Shown one piece after another: positions 1 through 10,766 of a stretch of 55,883 nucleotides of DNA. The stretch is taken from positions 1 to 55,883 of IMG/VR virus record IMGVR_UViG_3300020439_001829; one strand, 5' to 3'. A model generated the notes under the pieces. That model had not been told where the DNA came from. It did no database searches and saw only the letters and a list, made by a program, of their open reading frames with translations. Numbering within the stretch: the stretch's first letter is position 1; each line of letters starts with the position of its first letter. Origin of the DNA: a virus (Duplodnaviria; Caudoviricetes). Position numbers and translations under genes: made by a program.

Positions 1-675
1 TTTATATTGTGATAATAAGTATTCCAAAACTTTCTCAAAATGCAAGAAATTTTCTTCATTCCAAACATTATCGTTATGTGTTCCATTGATATGTGATGTA
101 AACATAAATGTGTTTCCATATAATTGTATGTTATCAGTTTGATGTATACCATCACGACCTTCAAAGAATTGACAACCCCAAGTTATACCATCATGTATTT
201 CATTGTGTCCTGCAACCCAATCAAAATAACTACTGATTGCATCTGCACTTTGTTGATTCACTCCCCATCCAGGTGGTCTGAATCCTCTTGGTCTATGTCC
301 ACAATGTTCCCATAAATTTAAACTCTCTTGTATTCTTTGAACCGCAGGACCATATTCTAATTCTAAAAATTCCATCTCACCAAGTTCCATCCAAACATCT
401 TCACCATCTGGTGATTTACCTTTGATTGCCTCACCCTCACACGCGTGAAAGTGTCCATGTGCATTTAGTTCAACCCAATCATATTGTTTCCAATAATCTA
501 CAAAATCTTTTGTGATTGGAAATTTATCATGGTAATTACTTGGTACGAAGAAATCAAATTTTACTCCGAACTTCTCATTGAGTTTCTTGAGATATTCTAT
601 TTGAACATCTCCCTCAACTCCCCATCCTTTTTCTGGATGTATATCATCTATTGCTACTACTAAATTATTTTTCAT
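1..675 (-). CDS. Polysaccharide deacetylase-like (NodB/DUF2334-type) protein, 3' end runs off the window
   Basis: Not in the ORF track. Manual translation from ATG at 675 gives MKNNLVVAIDDIHP...ELNAHGHFH...GFRPPGW, i.e. the DD, HGxxH and FRPPGW motifs of the CE4 fold. Frame stays open to position 1. Confidence 0.7.
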   Translation of the reverse strand, partial: MKNNLVVAIDDIHPEKGWGVEGDVQIEYLKKLNEKFGVKFDFFVPSNYHDKFPITKDFVDYWKQYDWVELNAHGHFHACEGEAIKGKSPDGEDVWMELGEMEFLELEYGPAVQRIQESLNLWEHCGHRPRGFRPPGWGVNQQSADAISSYFDWVAGHNEIHDGITWGCQFFEGRDGIHQTDNIQLYGNTFMFTSHINGTHNDNVWNEENFLHFEKVLEYLLSQYK

Positions 676-1065
676 CTACCATCCCTCTTCAAATGGATAC
701 TCCTTTGAATTTGGTTTACTATCTTTACTATTAACATAAATCCATTTCACATCAGGCAGTATTTCTTTTCGTATCTGTTTTCTCTGGTCTTTGTAAGGAC
801 AGATACTCGCGATTACTACATTCTTTCCTTGTATCCATAATACTCTTGCAATCCTTGCAAGTCTATCATTTTGTTTTCTTCTACTCTTTTCATCAAAACC
901 CAAATCATCCCAAACACTCTCTCTGAAATCATCTGCATCTAATACTATCTTATTAGGTACATCAAACTTTAGAGCTATGTTTGTCTTTCCACTTCCGCTG
1001 TTTCCATGAAACCACCACACTTGACCTGGTCTGTCATCAGGTATTACTCTGTGTATTGCTCCCAT
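676..1065 (-). CDS. cysC: Adenylyl-sulfate (APS) kinase-like P-loop kinase
   Basis: GNSGSGKT Walker A, LDADDFR, LGFDEKSR and ASICPY motifs. Start set at ATG 1065, which has AAGGAG upstream. Confidence 0.75.
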   Translation of the reverse strand: MGAIHRVIPDDRPGQVWWFHGNSGSGKTNIALKFDVPNKIVLDADDFRESVWDDLGFDEKSRRKQNDRLARIARVLWIQGKNVVIASICPYKDQRKQIRKEILPDVKWIYVNSKDSKPNSKEYPFEEGW

Positions 1066-2047
1066 TTTTAAACTCCTTAAATACATCTTCCCATGAATAT
1101 GTATATCCTTGTTCTGTTGTGTTGAATGCATTCTTTTGACTCATCTTATCTGCGTTTGGAAACCAGTATTGTTGTTTTCTCATTCTGGTCATATCTCCAT
1201 CAGAAAAATCTTGTCCTTTGATATACATTCTTTTGTTTGGTAACTTTCTATTATGTACTAATAGAATGTTCTTGATAATATATTGTGGTAACTGACCTCT
1301 AAAATGTATCAAACAATTATTCATGAACGCAGTATCCTCGTGTACAAAAAATACACTCTTTGGAATATTTGCACCACTCTTAATCACATCCGATGAAATC
1401 ACTAAACCACAACCATTAAATTTTAATTGTGTTGTACTTCTAATATCTAAATCTTCTGTTTTATTATTTATCTCATCCATTTCTTTTTGAGACATATTAT
1501 ATCTTAAACTCCACCAATTTTTTGTATCCATTTCTATAAATGGTTTGTCTGTAAAATCTGGATGTTCTAATATCTTCCAAGTATCATCCCACATTTTACA
1601 AGTACTGAAGAATCCAACATATTTGTGTACATTGTTATTAACTGATGCAGTATGTAAATTATCTAACACTTCCCATGTTTGTCTTGGTATCAATGCATCA
1701 CTTTCACCCCACATCAAAATATCAACCTCTTGACAATATCTGTCATTGAACTCTCTTCTGTAATCAGCTATAGTATAAATATCTCTATGATTTACTTTGA
1801 AAGTTGCCATTGGTAAATGTTTGTTTATCATATTACTCATCATACCAATTATATCTTTCATACCTATTTTTTTTCTATCTAACTCTTCTAATCCCTCGTT
1901 ACAGTTCAAACAAATATCAACCAAAACATTATCTTTATTTTCAACATTCTCTAAAGAATATTTTACACTCTTTAGATAATCTTCTATGATATCAATTTCA
2001 TAAAACTGAACTAAACAACCTATTGCAAATGTATTATTTAACTTCAT
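1037..2047 (-). CDS. GT-A-fold glycosyltransferase-like protein
   Basis: 336 aa; WGESDAL (DxD-like) and HEDTAF motifs; lies in the GT cluster. Confidence 0.5.
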   Translation of the reverse strand: MKLNNTFAIGCLVQFYEIDIIEDYLKSVKYSLENVENKDNVLVDICLNCNEGLEELDRKKIGMKDIIGMMSNMINKHLPMATFKVNHRDIYTIADYRREFNDRYCQEVDILMWGESDALIPRQTWEVLDNLHTASVNNNVHKYVGFFSTCKMWDDTWKILEHPDFTDKPFIEMDTKNWWSLRYNMSQKEMDEINNKTEDLDIRSTTQLKFNGCGLVISSDVIKSGANIPKSVFFVHEDTAFMNNCLIHFRGQLPQYIIKNILLVHNRKLPNKRMYIKGQDFSDGDMTRMRKQQYWFPNADKMSQKNAFNTTEQGYTYSWEDVFKEFKNGSNTQSNT

Positions 2048-2798
2048 AATTATCCTTAAATAAATCCCATACTTGTCTCATTAAATTATTTCTTTGTTCT
2101 TTATCAAACCCATTGAAATGCCAAACCCATCCTGCCTCTGCCATGAGTGGATTTAATATACCTCTAATATGTAATTGTTGTAGATTATATTTCTCACTCA
2201 AAAAATGAATAGGATGTTCACTTGCCCTTATCATATAGTTAATAGGTGTTTGGTCTGAACCTTTTTTAACAGTCTTGTGTTGTCTTGTTTTAAACTCAAG
2301 TTCATTTGCATAGTAAAAATCAGTAACACCTTTTGCCCATTCTTTATGTTTCTTATTCATCACTATGAATCCACAATTAAAGTATGTTGTCCAATCAAAT
2401 TTTACATCAGGCCAGAAATCTTGATATCCTTTAATACTATTGATTGTCCACTCTAAAAAGAATTTATCTTGTACACATCCAAACTCACCATTTGTCTCTT
2501 CAAAAAAATTAGGACAATCCCAATGTACCATCGTATCAATATCAACTAATGCCACATTATCTGCATCAATATCATTTGCTTCCAATACATCCCATACATG
2601 CCATCTCTGCCATGTTGGTTTCATACCAACACCATCGTTAAATACTCCACCACCTGAATCTCTTAGTTCATCTTCTAAGATTAATAATTCTACATCATGT
2701 TTATCACACCAATATTTCCATGTTTTAAAACACCACTCTTTGTAATCAAGAAAATCTGGTGCCTTCTCAAAACAAGTCATAAACACTACATTTTTCAT
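2034..2798 (-). CDS. Glycosyltransferase family 8-like
   Basis: LVDIDT (DxD), YFNCGF, DQTPIN and WHFNG motifs; ATGA overlap with the upstream gene at 2795-2798. Confidence 0.75.
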   Translation of the reverse strand: MKNVVFMTCFEKAPDFLDYKEWCFKTWKYWCDKHDVELLILEDELRDSGGGVFNDGVGMKPTWQRWHVWDVLEANDIDADNVALVDIDTMVHWDCPNFFEETNGEFGCVQDKFFLEWTINSIKGYQDFWPDVKFDWTTYFNCGFIVMNKKHKEWAKGVTDFYYANELEFKTRQHKTVKKGSDQTPINYMIRASEHPIHFLSEKYNLQQLHIRGILNPLMAEAGWVWHFNGFDKEQRNNLMRQVWDLFKDNYEVK

Positions 2799-3280
2799 AA
2801 ATGCCTCTCTTTTATCTCTAACCAATTGTTTTTAAATAGTTCATAGTTAATACCTAAATTATCTAATTCTTGTATAACATCATCATATAACTCTACATAA
2901 GATGGACCAAAATGTTGTCCTCTTGATAAATCATCAATGAATAAATCAACCTCAACACTACTCAAGATATCAATCTTATCTTTGGCCTCTCTTACTATAC
3001 CGATTGATGTATATGGAAACCCATGTTTATCTAACCAATCTTTTGTGATAAAGTATGCATCACCAAAGCCTCTGGCTGATAAAATATTTATGTCCCATTC
3101 TTTTGAAAACTCTTTCAATGTTTCAACTGCATTTGGAAGTGGTTCATCTTTCATTATCTCTTCTCTTGTAAATGCTCTTCTATCAATACCATTACCTGGA
3201 AAACTTGGTGTTGCCCACTTCTGTATCCTAACCCAATGATTATTTAATGTAGAATCTACATCAACCCATAACTGTTTCAT
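2795..3280 (-). CDS. HAD-family 5'(3')-deoxyribonucleotidase-like phosphatase
   Basis: VDVDSTL (HAD motif I), ILSAR, WLDKHG and LFIDD motifs. Confidence 0.75.
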   Translation of the reverse strand: MKQLWVDVDSTLNNHWVRIQKWATPSFPGNGIDRRAFTREEIMKDEPLPNAVETLKEFSKEWDINILSARGFGDAYFITKDWLDKHGFPYTSIGIVREAKDKIDILSSVEVDLFIDDLSRGQHFGPSYVELYDDVIQELDNLGINYELFKNNWLEIKERHL

Positions 3281-4136
3281 TTAAATCCTTTCCAAATTCT
3301 TCATACAACCTGTCATCATAACTATATGTAAATATCTGATAGTTCTTACTTTTCGTATGTAATCCGTATAAATCCCACTTCTCTGCAATCTCTATTGGAA
3401 TGTTTTCTTTTGGTATTGTTATTACTGGACAAGTACTCAACCCTATTATGTTTTCCTCTCCTATTGCATCAACTATAACCTTTGAATTCCTATCTATTCT
3501 ATCTCGTAACTCATGAATATCAAATCTTCTCAAAATAGTTAAAAAATGGTCATATATTTGTGTAGGTGTTGTTGTTGGTGTTTGGTTTATCAATCCATAT
3601 TCATAATATCTTCTGAGATTCAAGTAACTGAATTCATCTGAATCTTTCAATCGTGTCCAATAGTTTTTCTTTACACCAACTATTGCAAGACCTGGAAACC
3701 CACCTAATTGTTTATTAACACAAGTTACAAATATATTTGTGTTCTTTGGTATATCATAATATGGAAAAGAACTGATTGCATCAACTATTCCCTCGTCCTC
3801 GTAATAAGAACTATTAGAAGTTTCCAATTGACAATACAACTTCTCTCGATAGTATTTTGAAGAACCCTCTTTACCATGTGTTCTTATTAATTGTTCCCAT
3901 TTATTTTTAAAAATACCATCGTTACCTGTAATTCCTATCGGATTCATCAATGACCATACTACTGATTCTATTGCAGTGGTTCCACTACCACCCATGAATA
4001 TAATATCATAGTCTTTTAATTCAAACACTTCACTAAATAATAATTTTAAATCTTCGTAAGTATGTATAAACTCTCTATCTCTATGTGAATGTAAAACAAC
4101 ACTCTCTGTAGAAGTGGATGTATTAGGACCGAACAT
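3261..4136 (-). CDS. PLP-dependent class V aminotransferase (PhnW/SerC-like)
   Basis: N-terminal FGPN, GSGTTAIE, VDAISS, NKQLGGFPGL (PLP lysine) and QTPTT motifs. Confidence 0.75.
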   Translation of the reverse strand: MFGPNTSTSTESVVLHSHRDREFIHTYEDLKLLFSEVFELKDYDIIFMGGSGTTAIESVVWSLMNPIGITGNDGIFKNKWEQLIRTHGKEGSSKYYREKLYCQLETSNSSYYEDEGIVDAISSFPYYDIPKNTNIFVTCVNKQLGGFPGLAIVGVKKNYWTRLKDSDEFSYLNLRRYYEYGLINQTPTTTPTQIYDHFLTILRRFDIHELRDRIDRNSKVIVDAIGEENIIGLSTCPVITIPKENIPIEIAEKWDLYGLHTKSKNYQIFTYSYDDRLYEEFGKDLNETVMG

Positions 4137-5214
4137 ATTCTTTTAATTCCTTATACACTAAATCAAAATGATTATTTTTATCTAACCAATTATTATAATA
4201 CATTGGTATTTCTTTTTCTAAAACACTTTTGTTTTGTTGTAAGAACATAACAAGGTTTGGGTCACTTGGATTATAAAATGGTGGATGATAACCACACCAA
4301 CCAACTTGTGGATAACCAGATGCATATGTTGGTTGTACTTCAAGAAAACATAACTCTTTTGTATCTTCATCCATAACCACATCTACTCCTTGATGATTTA
4401 ATTTTAGTGAATGTACTGCCTTCACTATTTCTTCTTCTCTTTCTCTCATCAATTGTTCACATAATTTATTATAGTAAACCCAATTATCAATCTGTTCTGG
4501 TCTGAAACTACCTGCAGTTATTGCCAACCAATTATCTTTTGGAACCACTCTACCATAACCTGATATCACTTTGTTACCTGCAACATGGATTCTGTAAGAT
4601 ACATTTACATCTCTATCAATCGTGTTTACAAAATTTACACACATCATTCTTCTTTTGATTCCTACTTCATTTTTACCATGTATCATGATATCATGTAACG
4701 CAGGTTTTATTTCTTTTTGTTCTCTAATGATATGAGTTTCTTTTCCACCAACTGAATTATTTACTCTGATTAAAAATGGAAAATCAAATTCTGCAACACT
4801 TAATTTTTCATAAAACTCTTCTTCCGTATCGTAAACAAAAAAATCTGGACAATTAACTCCATGTTTTTTCCACTCTTGAAAACATACCTCTTTAGATTGT
4901 ACTGCCTCAAATCCTTGAACTGAATTTGTTAAGTATGGCATTGTTTTTAGATATCCCAACTCATTATTAATATATTCATTTTGTTTTATCATACCATTGT
5001 ATTCTTCTTCAGTACATGATTCTGGACAAGGATACCAACGAATATATTCTATAGTATCTTTATACTCTTTGAATGCATCATAAACACTATGTCCATCTTC
5101 ACCATTCACATCAAGAACTGGCCCAAAATGTTTTTCCATATTTTCTTTTTCAAAAATTCTCCAATTCTTTGGTGGTTTACTTGGACCTCTATTTGCTGCT
5201 ATAACTTTATACAT
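4123..5214 (-). CDS. ATP-grasp fold ligase
   Basis: FPFLIRVNNSVGG, SYRIHVAG and GVDVVMD...FLEVQ motifs. Confidence 0.7.
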   Translation of the reverse strand: MYKVIAANRGPSKPPKNWRIFEKENMEKHFGPVLDVNGEDGHSVYDAFKEYKDTIEYIRWYPCPESCTEEEYNGMIKQNEYINNELGYLKTMPYLTNSVQGFEAVQSKEVCFQEWKKHGVNCPDFFVYDTEEEFYEKLSVAEFDFPFLIRVNNSVGGKETHIIREQKEIKPALHDIMIHGKNEVGIKRRMMCVNFVNTIDRDVNVSYRIHVAGNKVISGYGRVVPKDNWLAITAGSFRPEQIDNWVYYNKLCEQLMREREEEIVKAVHSLKLNHQGVDVVMDEDTKELCFLEVQPTYASGYPQVGWCGYHPPFYNPSDPNLVMFLQQNKSVLEKEIPMYYNNWLDKNNHFDLVYKELKEYVRS

Positions 5215-5926
5215 CTACCCACTCCCCCACTAATTCTTCGAAACCGCGTTTAAATACTCGATTGTGAAAATCCTCTTGTGGTGTTTTTGCATACCTACTG
5301 CTTTTGAAATGTACAATGTGTGAACCCCAAAACTTTGCCTCTTCAAGATTACCATAGGCAGCGAGTAATCTCTCTTGTTCTATTCCGATTACATACTTAT
5401 CATTATTCAATACTAAATGATTCAACGATGGTGATTCTTTTGGTATATCTCTCCATTGATTCATAATGTAAATCCAATCATCAATAAACTCAATTCCTTT
5501 TTGTAAATTGTTTACTGCAAACCATGATGCAATATGTCTTGGTTCTTTATCTCTATGTACAACTTGTACATCACAATCTGATTTTAAATACTGATGGAAA
5601 TCACTTACAAAATATGAATCCAAATCAATCATCACTACAGGTGATTCTGAAACTGAACATACACTTCGAAGTAATCTTGTTTTTTGAGTAACACTTTCTA
5701 ACCAATCCTTATCATGTAATTGTGTGTTCTTTGTAATCTTACCTGAATTGATTAATTTAACTTTCTTAAATTGTTTTAGATACTCTTTATCTCTCTCATC
5801 AATACCAGTATCACCCACCCAAATTGTATCAATCTCATCAAGAGTTAAATTTTGATGTAGTGAATTAAAAAATATTCTACCGAAGTTACTATAACCTGAA
5901 TTCATTATTGTGAATATACTATACAT
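5207..5926 (-). CDS. Nucleotide-diphospho-sugar transferase (GT-A)
   Basis: VMIDLDS DxD motif and IVHFKS; cluster context. Confidence 0.6.
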   Translation of the reverse strand: MYSIFTIMNSGYSNFGRIFFNSLHQNLTLDEIDTIWVGDTGIDERDKEYLKQFKKVKLINSGKITKNTQLHDKDWLESVTQKTRLLRSVCSVSESPVVMIDLDSYFVSDFHQYLKSDCDVQVVHRDKEPRHIASWFAVNNLQKGIEFIDDWIYIMNQWRDIPKESPSLNHLVLNNDKYVIGIEQERLLAAYGNLEEAKFWGSHIVHFKSSRYAKTPQEDFHNRVFKRGFEELVGEWVDV

Positions 5927-6560
5927 TTATATTAAACACCCTTTTACCATCATGTTTCTTCGCCATCCATTCTCTACCAATATCTCTGAAGTTTGGTTTC
6001 ACTACATGATTCTCAACACTAAAAGATACATCTACATCATCTTTAAATAATGCAGTTCTCTCTGGATTATCATTATACTTTTTATATCCCGTCCTTTTCA
6101 TATTAGGTTGCATGATATTTTTTACTACATCCCAACTGAACACACCTGGATTAAAACTCATCTCTTTATTTCTCTCTACTAATTGTAGATAATCATAATC
6201 ACCTAATATATCAATTAATTTATCATTACCGATATATTCCCAATCATCTTCTAACCACAATACACCATATTTACTTTCTCTTCTTGTACACTCTTCAATT
6301 AGTTTTTTACCTGCGTTAAAGAAATCTATATTCTTTCCACCCTTATGTGATAACAAAACCTCGTAACTTTTATCTTGTGGAATTATCTTTTTTAACTCAT
6401 CAAATGCAGGCCAATGTCCACCCCAAACATTATTAAGATGAATCATCCAATGAAAATTACAACCCTCTAAAAAATCTAAATACTTTGAGAATGTGTATTT
6501 ATGTAACTCTGGTCTATCAACTGCAGTAGTACATATTATGATATCATTCTGCACATTCAT
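5919..6560 (-). CDS. GT2-like glycosyltransferase
   Basis: TTAVDRPELH, LWLEDDW, SFNPG and DIGREW motifs. Confidence 0.6.
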   Translation of the reverse strand: MNVQNDIIICTTAVDRPELHKYTFSKYLDFLEGCNFHWMIHLNNVWGGHWPAFDELKKIIPQDKSYEVLLSHKGGKNIDFFNAGKKLIEECTRRESKYGVLWLEDDWEYIGNDKLIDILGDYDYLQLVERNKEMSFNPGVFSWDVVKNIMQPNMKRTGYKKYNDNPERTALFKDDVDVSFSVENHVVKPNFRDIGREWMAKKHDGKRVFNINV

Positions 6561-7113
6561 ATAATATCATTCCCTCGTATGCTCGTAATGGTCTTCCATT
6601 TCTTAATTCTGTACCTTCCCACATTCCTATAGGAATACCATTCCAATAATCCGTCTCTCTTAATAACTCATCTACAAACTCTTTTACTGCAGGATTCTTT
6701 TCTGGTAATCCGTAATCATCAAACACAATATACTTTGGTTCTAAATCACATGCATTATTATAATCTTGTTTAACTGAATTATAATCATGTGCACAATCAA
6801 TAAACACTACATCATAATTAGGTAATTTAGTAACCCACTTATCATTATAAACATCTTGTTGTAAAAATTCTATATTCTTTCTTTCTTTACACACCTCTTT
6901 TGCAAACTCTATATTTTCTCTATTGATTTCCATAGTGGTTACCCAATCAAATAATTGACTCAAAATCAATGTAGAGTATCCTCTGTTTGTACCAATCTCA
7001 AGACAGGATGTTAATTGTTTACCATAAAAGAACTCAACTAAATCTTGTTTAAATTTATGTGATGTTGTATTTTTATCTGAGTTTTTATTTGGTGTTACTT
7101 TAACATCAATCAT
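6544..7113 (-). CDS. Class I SAM-dependent methyltransferase (Methyltransf_24-like)
   Basis: LEIGTNRGYST, FIDCAHDY and VFDDYG motifs. Confidence 0.85.
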   Translation of the reverse strand: MIDVKVTPNKNSDKNTTSHKFKQDLVEFFYGKQLTSCLEIGTNRGYSTLILSQLFDWVTTMEINRENIEFAKEVCKERKNIEFLQQDVYNDKWVTKLPNYDVVFIDCAHDYNSVKQDYNNACDLEPKYIVFDDYGLPEKNPAVKEFVDELLRETDYWNGIPIGMWEGTELRNGRPLRAYEGMILYECAE

Positions 7114-7841
7114 AACATTTTATATTCCTTAAATAATTCCATCAAACTATCTGGTATCAAACCCTCATCTTGAAAATAACTTATTCTCTCTTCATCTGGT
7201 TTGAATGCACCAACTCTCAATGGTTTTAAAAACACTCTCTCTAATCTATCTTTAAATCCAGTACACCCAACATTATATGTATAATCAATCTCACTTACTG
7301 CAGGTTGAAAATGTTGATGTACACATAGGTTAAAAATATTCTCATCACCATAAGTGTGAATGTTTGATTCGTTTTTATTTGCCTCCATTGTATTGTAAAT
7401 GTATTCCCAAATTGGAAGTGAACCCTTTTTTACAAATAACGAACCTGTGTTCCATTGTGGTAATGGATTATCAAAAATATATTTACAACCACCTATCTCA
7501 CCTGGAAAGTATGGAAACCCATCAAACTCACTCAATTGCCAATCATCAAAATCATGAAACCAAAAATCATCATCAATTAAATTATCTCTTAATATTTCAT
7601 AAATACCAAACACCTTGTTAAAATATTTGTTGTAATTACATAACAATTTAGTTCTAATAATGGTTACATCTCTGTACTCAAAATCTAAGTTAGTAACAAT
7701 ACAAATATCTTTTGGTTCCCACCCATGATTAATACTATTATCTATTTGGCACTTAAAATAATTAAATAACTCTTCTTGTTTCCATTGATGACCATAAGTT
7801 TTTTCATCAATAAAATCTTGGAATATCATTACATTTTTCAT
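7110..7841 (-). CDS. GT-A-fold glycosyltransferase-like protein
   Basis: WFHDFDD, WNTGSLF, GDE and YNVG motifs. Confidence 0.55.
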   Translation of the reverse strand: MKNVMIFQDFIDEKTYGHQWKQEELFNYFKCQIDNSINHGWEPKDICIVTNLDFEYRDVTIIRTKLLCNYNKYFNKVFGIYEILRDNLIDDDFWFHDFDDWQLSEFDGFPYFPGEIGGCKYIFDNPLPQWNTGSLFVKKGSLPIWEYIYNTMEANKNESNIHTYGDENIFNLCVHQHFQPAVSEIDYTYNVGCTGFKDRLERVFLKPLRVGAFKPDEERISYFQDEGLIPDSLMELFKEYKML

Positions 7842-8491
7842 GTTCTTGAATTTAACTCCCTACTAAAATTCTGATTGTAAAACATATTTTGTTGAGTTTG
7901 TTTCTCTATAGTTTTTGGATGATATAAACTCAACTCTTCATGTGGTGGTAAATGTGAATATGTTTTTGCACCTTTTATTAATTCATGAAGTGGTCTTTCC
8001 CATCTAATACTATCTGTACGACGAAATACTCTACTCTGATAATCTGGATAATTTACCCATCCTTGTTCAGATATTTTCCAACCCCATTTTTGTATGTCTT
8101 CTTCTGTCATACCCTCGACTGTATTTACTCTTGGTATCCACAGCAAATCAACTTCATTGATTTCTAATATCTGTTTTAATTGTTGTAATAATATAACATT
8201 TGGATATTCATCTGCATCAATATGAAAAATATAATCACCACTACATTGTTCTATTACAAAATTCTTTTGTGATGCAAAATCACCATCGAGTTTTCTTTGA
8301 AATACTCTGATTACTTTTTTATCTGAATATTGTTGAACCCAACTACCTATAACATCTTGAGTTTCTTTATTAGAAAAATCATCAACTATAACGATTTCAT
8401 CTTCTTGGTCTGTATTATGTATTAGTAATTCTAATAACTGATTTAATTCTTCGTGTTCATTATGAACAGTAATTCCGTAACTAAGTTTCAC
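7838..8491 (-). CDS. Glycosyltransferase family 2
   Basis: ITVHNE, IVDDFS, FHIDADE, PDYQSRVF and LHE motifs. Confidence 0.85.
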   Translation of the reverse strand: MKLSYGITVHNEHEELNQLLELLIHNTDQEDEIVIVDDFSNKETQDVIGSWVQQYSDKKVIRVFQRKLDGDFASQKNFVIEQCSGDYIFHIDADEYPNVILLQQLKQILEINEVDLLWIPRVNTVEGMTEEDIQKWGWKISEQGWVNYPDYQSRVFRRTDSIRWERPLHELIKGAKTYSHLPPHEELSLYHPKTIEKQTQQNMFYNQNFSRELNSRT

Positions 8492-8996
8492 TCTCCACCA
8501 ACCTCTGTAAATCTTTCATTTGCTCATCTTGGAATTCTGATAATAATTCCTTTGGTAATCTTTTGTAATCTAATTCAAGTATCACTCTTCTTTTCATACA
8601 CTCTCTTCTATCAAAGGTTCTATAGTTCTTAAATTGTTTAACAACTTTTTTTATTTTTCTGTAAACTTGTTTTGTTTCTGCTCGTGATAACTTATCTGGT
8701 AACTCTACTGAAACTGCTCCCTCTTCTATCTCTAAACCACTTTTACTTTTAGTAGGCATTAATCCTAATAACCTCTCTAACTTTGGTGTAGTGAGTGGTG
8801 CAGATATTGCAGTATCTAATTGTATCCCAACTACATATCTCTTGATTCTACCAGTAGATTTTTTTCGATATCTCCAATCTGGATTAATCAATAATACAGT
8901 TCTTTTGTATCCTCGTTTTTCATTTTTTGATTTATAAACGAATGATACAATTTGACCTGGTTCTACTCTTGCCCATGATGTATTACGAATTGCCAT
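8481..8996 (-). CDS. Hypothetical basic protein
   Basis: 171-aa ORF overlapping both neighbours; no motif recognised. Confidence 0.5.
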   Translation of the reverse strand: MAIRNTSWARVEPGQIVSFVYKSKNEKRGYKRTVLLINPDWRYRKKSTGRIKRYVVGIQLDTAISAPLTTPKLERLLGLMPTKSKSGLEIEEGAVSVELPDKLSRAETKQVYRKIKKVVKQFKNYRTFDRRECMKRRVILELDYKRLPKELLSEFQDEQMKDLQRLVESET

Positions 8997-9450
8997 CTAA
9001 ATCCTTAATGATACCCATATCTTTACATGCCTCTAAAAACTCATATTGTCCATATGTTTTTGCATCTTCAACATCTAATATACTATGATGACCTTCATAC
9101 TTAGAATCTTTCTTTTCCAACTCTGTAAGTTTCCTTACTTGAGCATATTTATACACCCAATTGTTTTTACTACCCTCAGGATATATCACTCCCAAATCAC
9201 CCATGTTTAATACGGTAGGAAACCACATTATCTCTCTTTCTTCATCGTAGAATGATACATCATTCATCAATTGTGTTGCACCCATCTGTGCCTGTTTCAG
9301 TTCTGGTGATTCCCACTTGTATGCTGAATTACTTGTGTATCCACATTTAAAACACATAAAAGAACTGAATGTTTTATCTGCTTGCTCTTGTACATCTTCA
9401 AAACATCTGTCATCACTAAAACATACAGGACAAGTTATCTTCTTTTCCAT
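8983..9450 (-). CDS. Zinc-ribbon hypothetical protein
   Basis: CPVC...CFKCG motif. Confidence 0.55.
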   Translation of the reverse strand: MEKKITCPVCFSDDRCFEDVQEQADKTFSSFMCFKCGYTSNSAYKWESPELKQAQMGATQLMNDVSFYDEEREIMWFPTVLNMGDLGVIYPEGSKNNWVYKYAQVRKLTELEKKDSKYEGHHSILDVEDAKTYGQYEFLEACKDMGIIKDLDGNS

Positions 9451-9451
9451 T

Positions 9452-10765
9452 TTACGCCTTTTTCAATTTTGGTAATTTAATTTCACTTGGTTTACTATCT
9501 TCTACTTTATTTAATTTAGGTAGTTTCAACTCAACTTGTTTTGGTACACTCTCTAATTGTTTTTCAATAATCTCTTCTAACTTAACTTTCATTGCCTCAA
9601 GTGAGAATTGTTTAGATGTTACTGCTGCCAATTGTTTACCTTTTAATAAATATTTAGAATAGTTACTTACCATATCTTTCATGATACTACTTGCAACATT
9701 ATAATTGACTGTGAACCACTTATTTTCAGGTGAATCAAAAATCACACCCTTTTGAAACGATTCTTTTGGTACCGTTGTTAAACTACCATTTAATAATATA
9801 GAATAGTTTGGATTCAAGAAATCTAATTGTCCACTCCAACCTGGAGCAACTACTGGTTTACCACTTTGTGCAGCCTCTAACAATGGTCTTCCAAATCCCT
9901 CACCATGTGTGAAACTGATATGTGCTTTTACTTTAGGATGATTATATAAATCATTCATTTCACTATCTGTAAAATCACCATGAATCACATAAACATTTGG
10001 AAGTTCACCTTGTATACTATCTGTAATGGTTCTAACTTTTTTCAAGATATCTTCTCTATCCAAGATACTAAAATCTGCACCACTTGTTTTTAAGATAAGT
10101 GCAGGTGGATTTTTTTGATTCTTGAATGTTTCACAAAATACCTTAACCAACATACCAGTATCTTTTCTATCCTGTCCAAGATTTCCTTGTAACCAATGTC
10201 CTACAAATAAGAAACCAAAATCTTCTTTCACATCATCAAACAAACTATTTACATCATCTGATATTTTTTTAGTTTGTTTATAGATATCTGTATCTACACC
10301 CTCAAATAGTATTGAAGAATCTCTTTTCATCTTTACTTCTTTTCCATTTTTATCTTGGAATGATGCATTCAGAAAAACATTTCTTGTAAAATCTGATACG
10401 AATATGGTTTCATCCATTTTATTACAACCATCAACCCATTGTGGTAATGGTATTGTAGTTTCGATACCTGCAGTTACACCGATATTCTTTTTTGCAATCG
10501 GTTGAAATTCATTTGGTATCACAATATGTAAATGTACATCTGGTTGTGTAGGTAACTTTGGTTCCATCAATATCCTTTTTGATATCTCATCATGTTTTGG
10601 ATTACCCTCTTCTAACGCAGTCATTGGTGTTGCACCCCATCTAACTGAATTAATATGAACATCATATTTATCCAACTCAATCAATGCAGTACATATATCT
10701 CTTGCATGGTTTCCATAACCACTTCTTGTTTTTACTGGTGCTGTAACTAATATACTTGGTTTCAT
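9452..10765 (-). CDS. Glycosyltransferase family 4 (GT-B)
   Basis: TRSGYG and THGEGFGRPLLEA motifs; start at MKPSILV, just after the upstream stop. Confidence 0.85.
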   Translation of the reverse strand: MKPSILVTAPVKTRSGYGNHARDICTALIELDKYDVHINSVRWGATPMTALEEGNPKHDEISKRILMEPKLPTQPDVHLHIVIPNEFQPIAKKNIGVTAGIETTIPLPQWVDGCNKMDETIFVSDFTRNVFLNASFQDKNGKEVKMKRDSSILFEGVDTDIYKQTKKISDDVNSLFDDVKEDFGFLFVGHWLQGNLGQDRKDTGMLVKVFCETFKNQKNPPALILKTSGADFSILDREDILKKVRTITDSIQGELPNVYVIHGDFTDSEMNDLYNHPKVKAHISFTHGEGFGRPLLEAAQSGKPVVAPGWSGQLDFLNPNYSILLNGSLTTVPKESFQKGVIFDSPENKWFTVNYNVASSIMKDMVSNYSKYLLKGKQLAAVTSKQFSLEAMKVKLEEIIEKQLESVPKQVELKLPKLNKVEDSKPSEIKLPKLKKA

Positions 10766-10766
10766 A

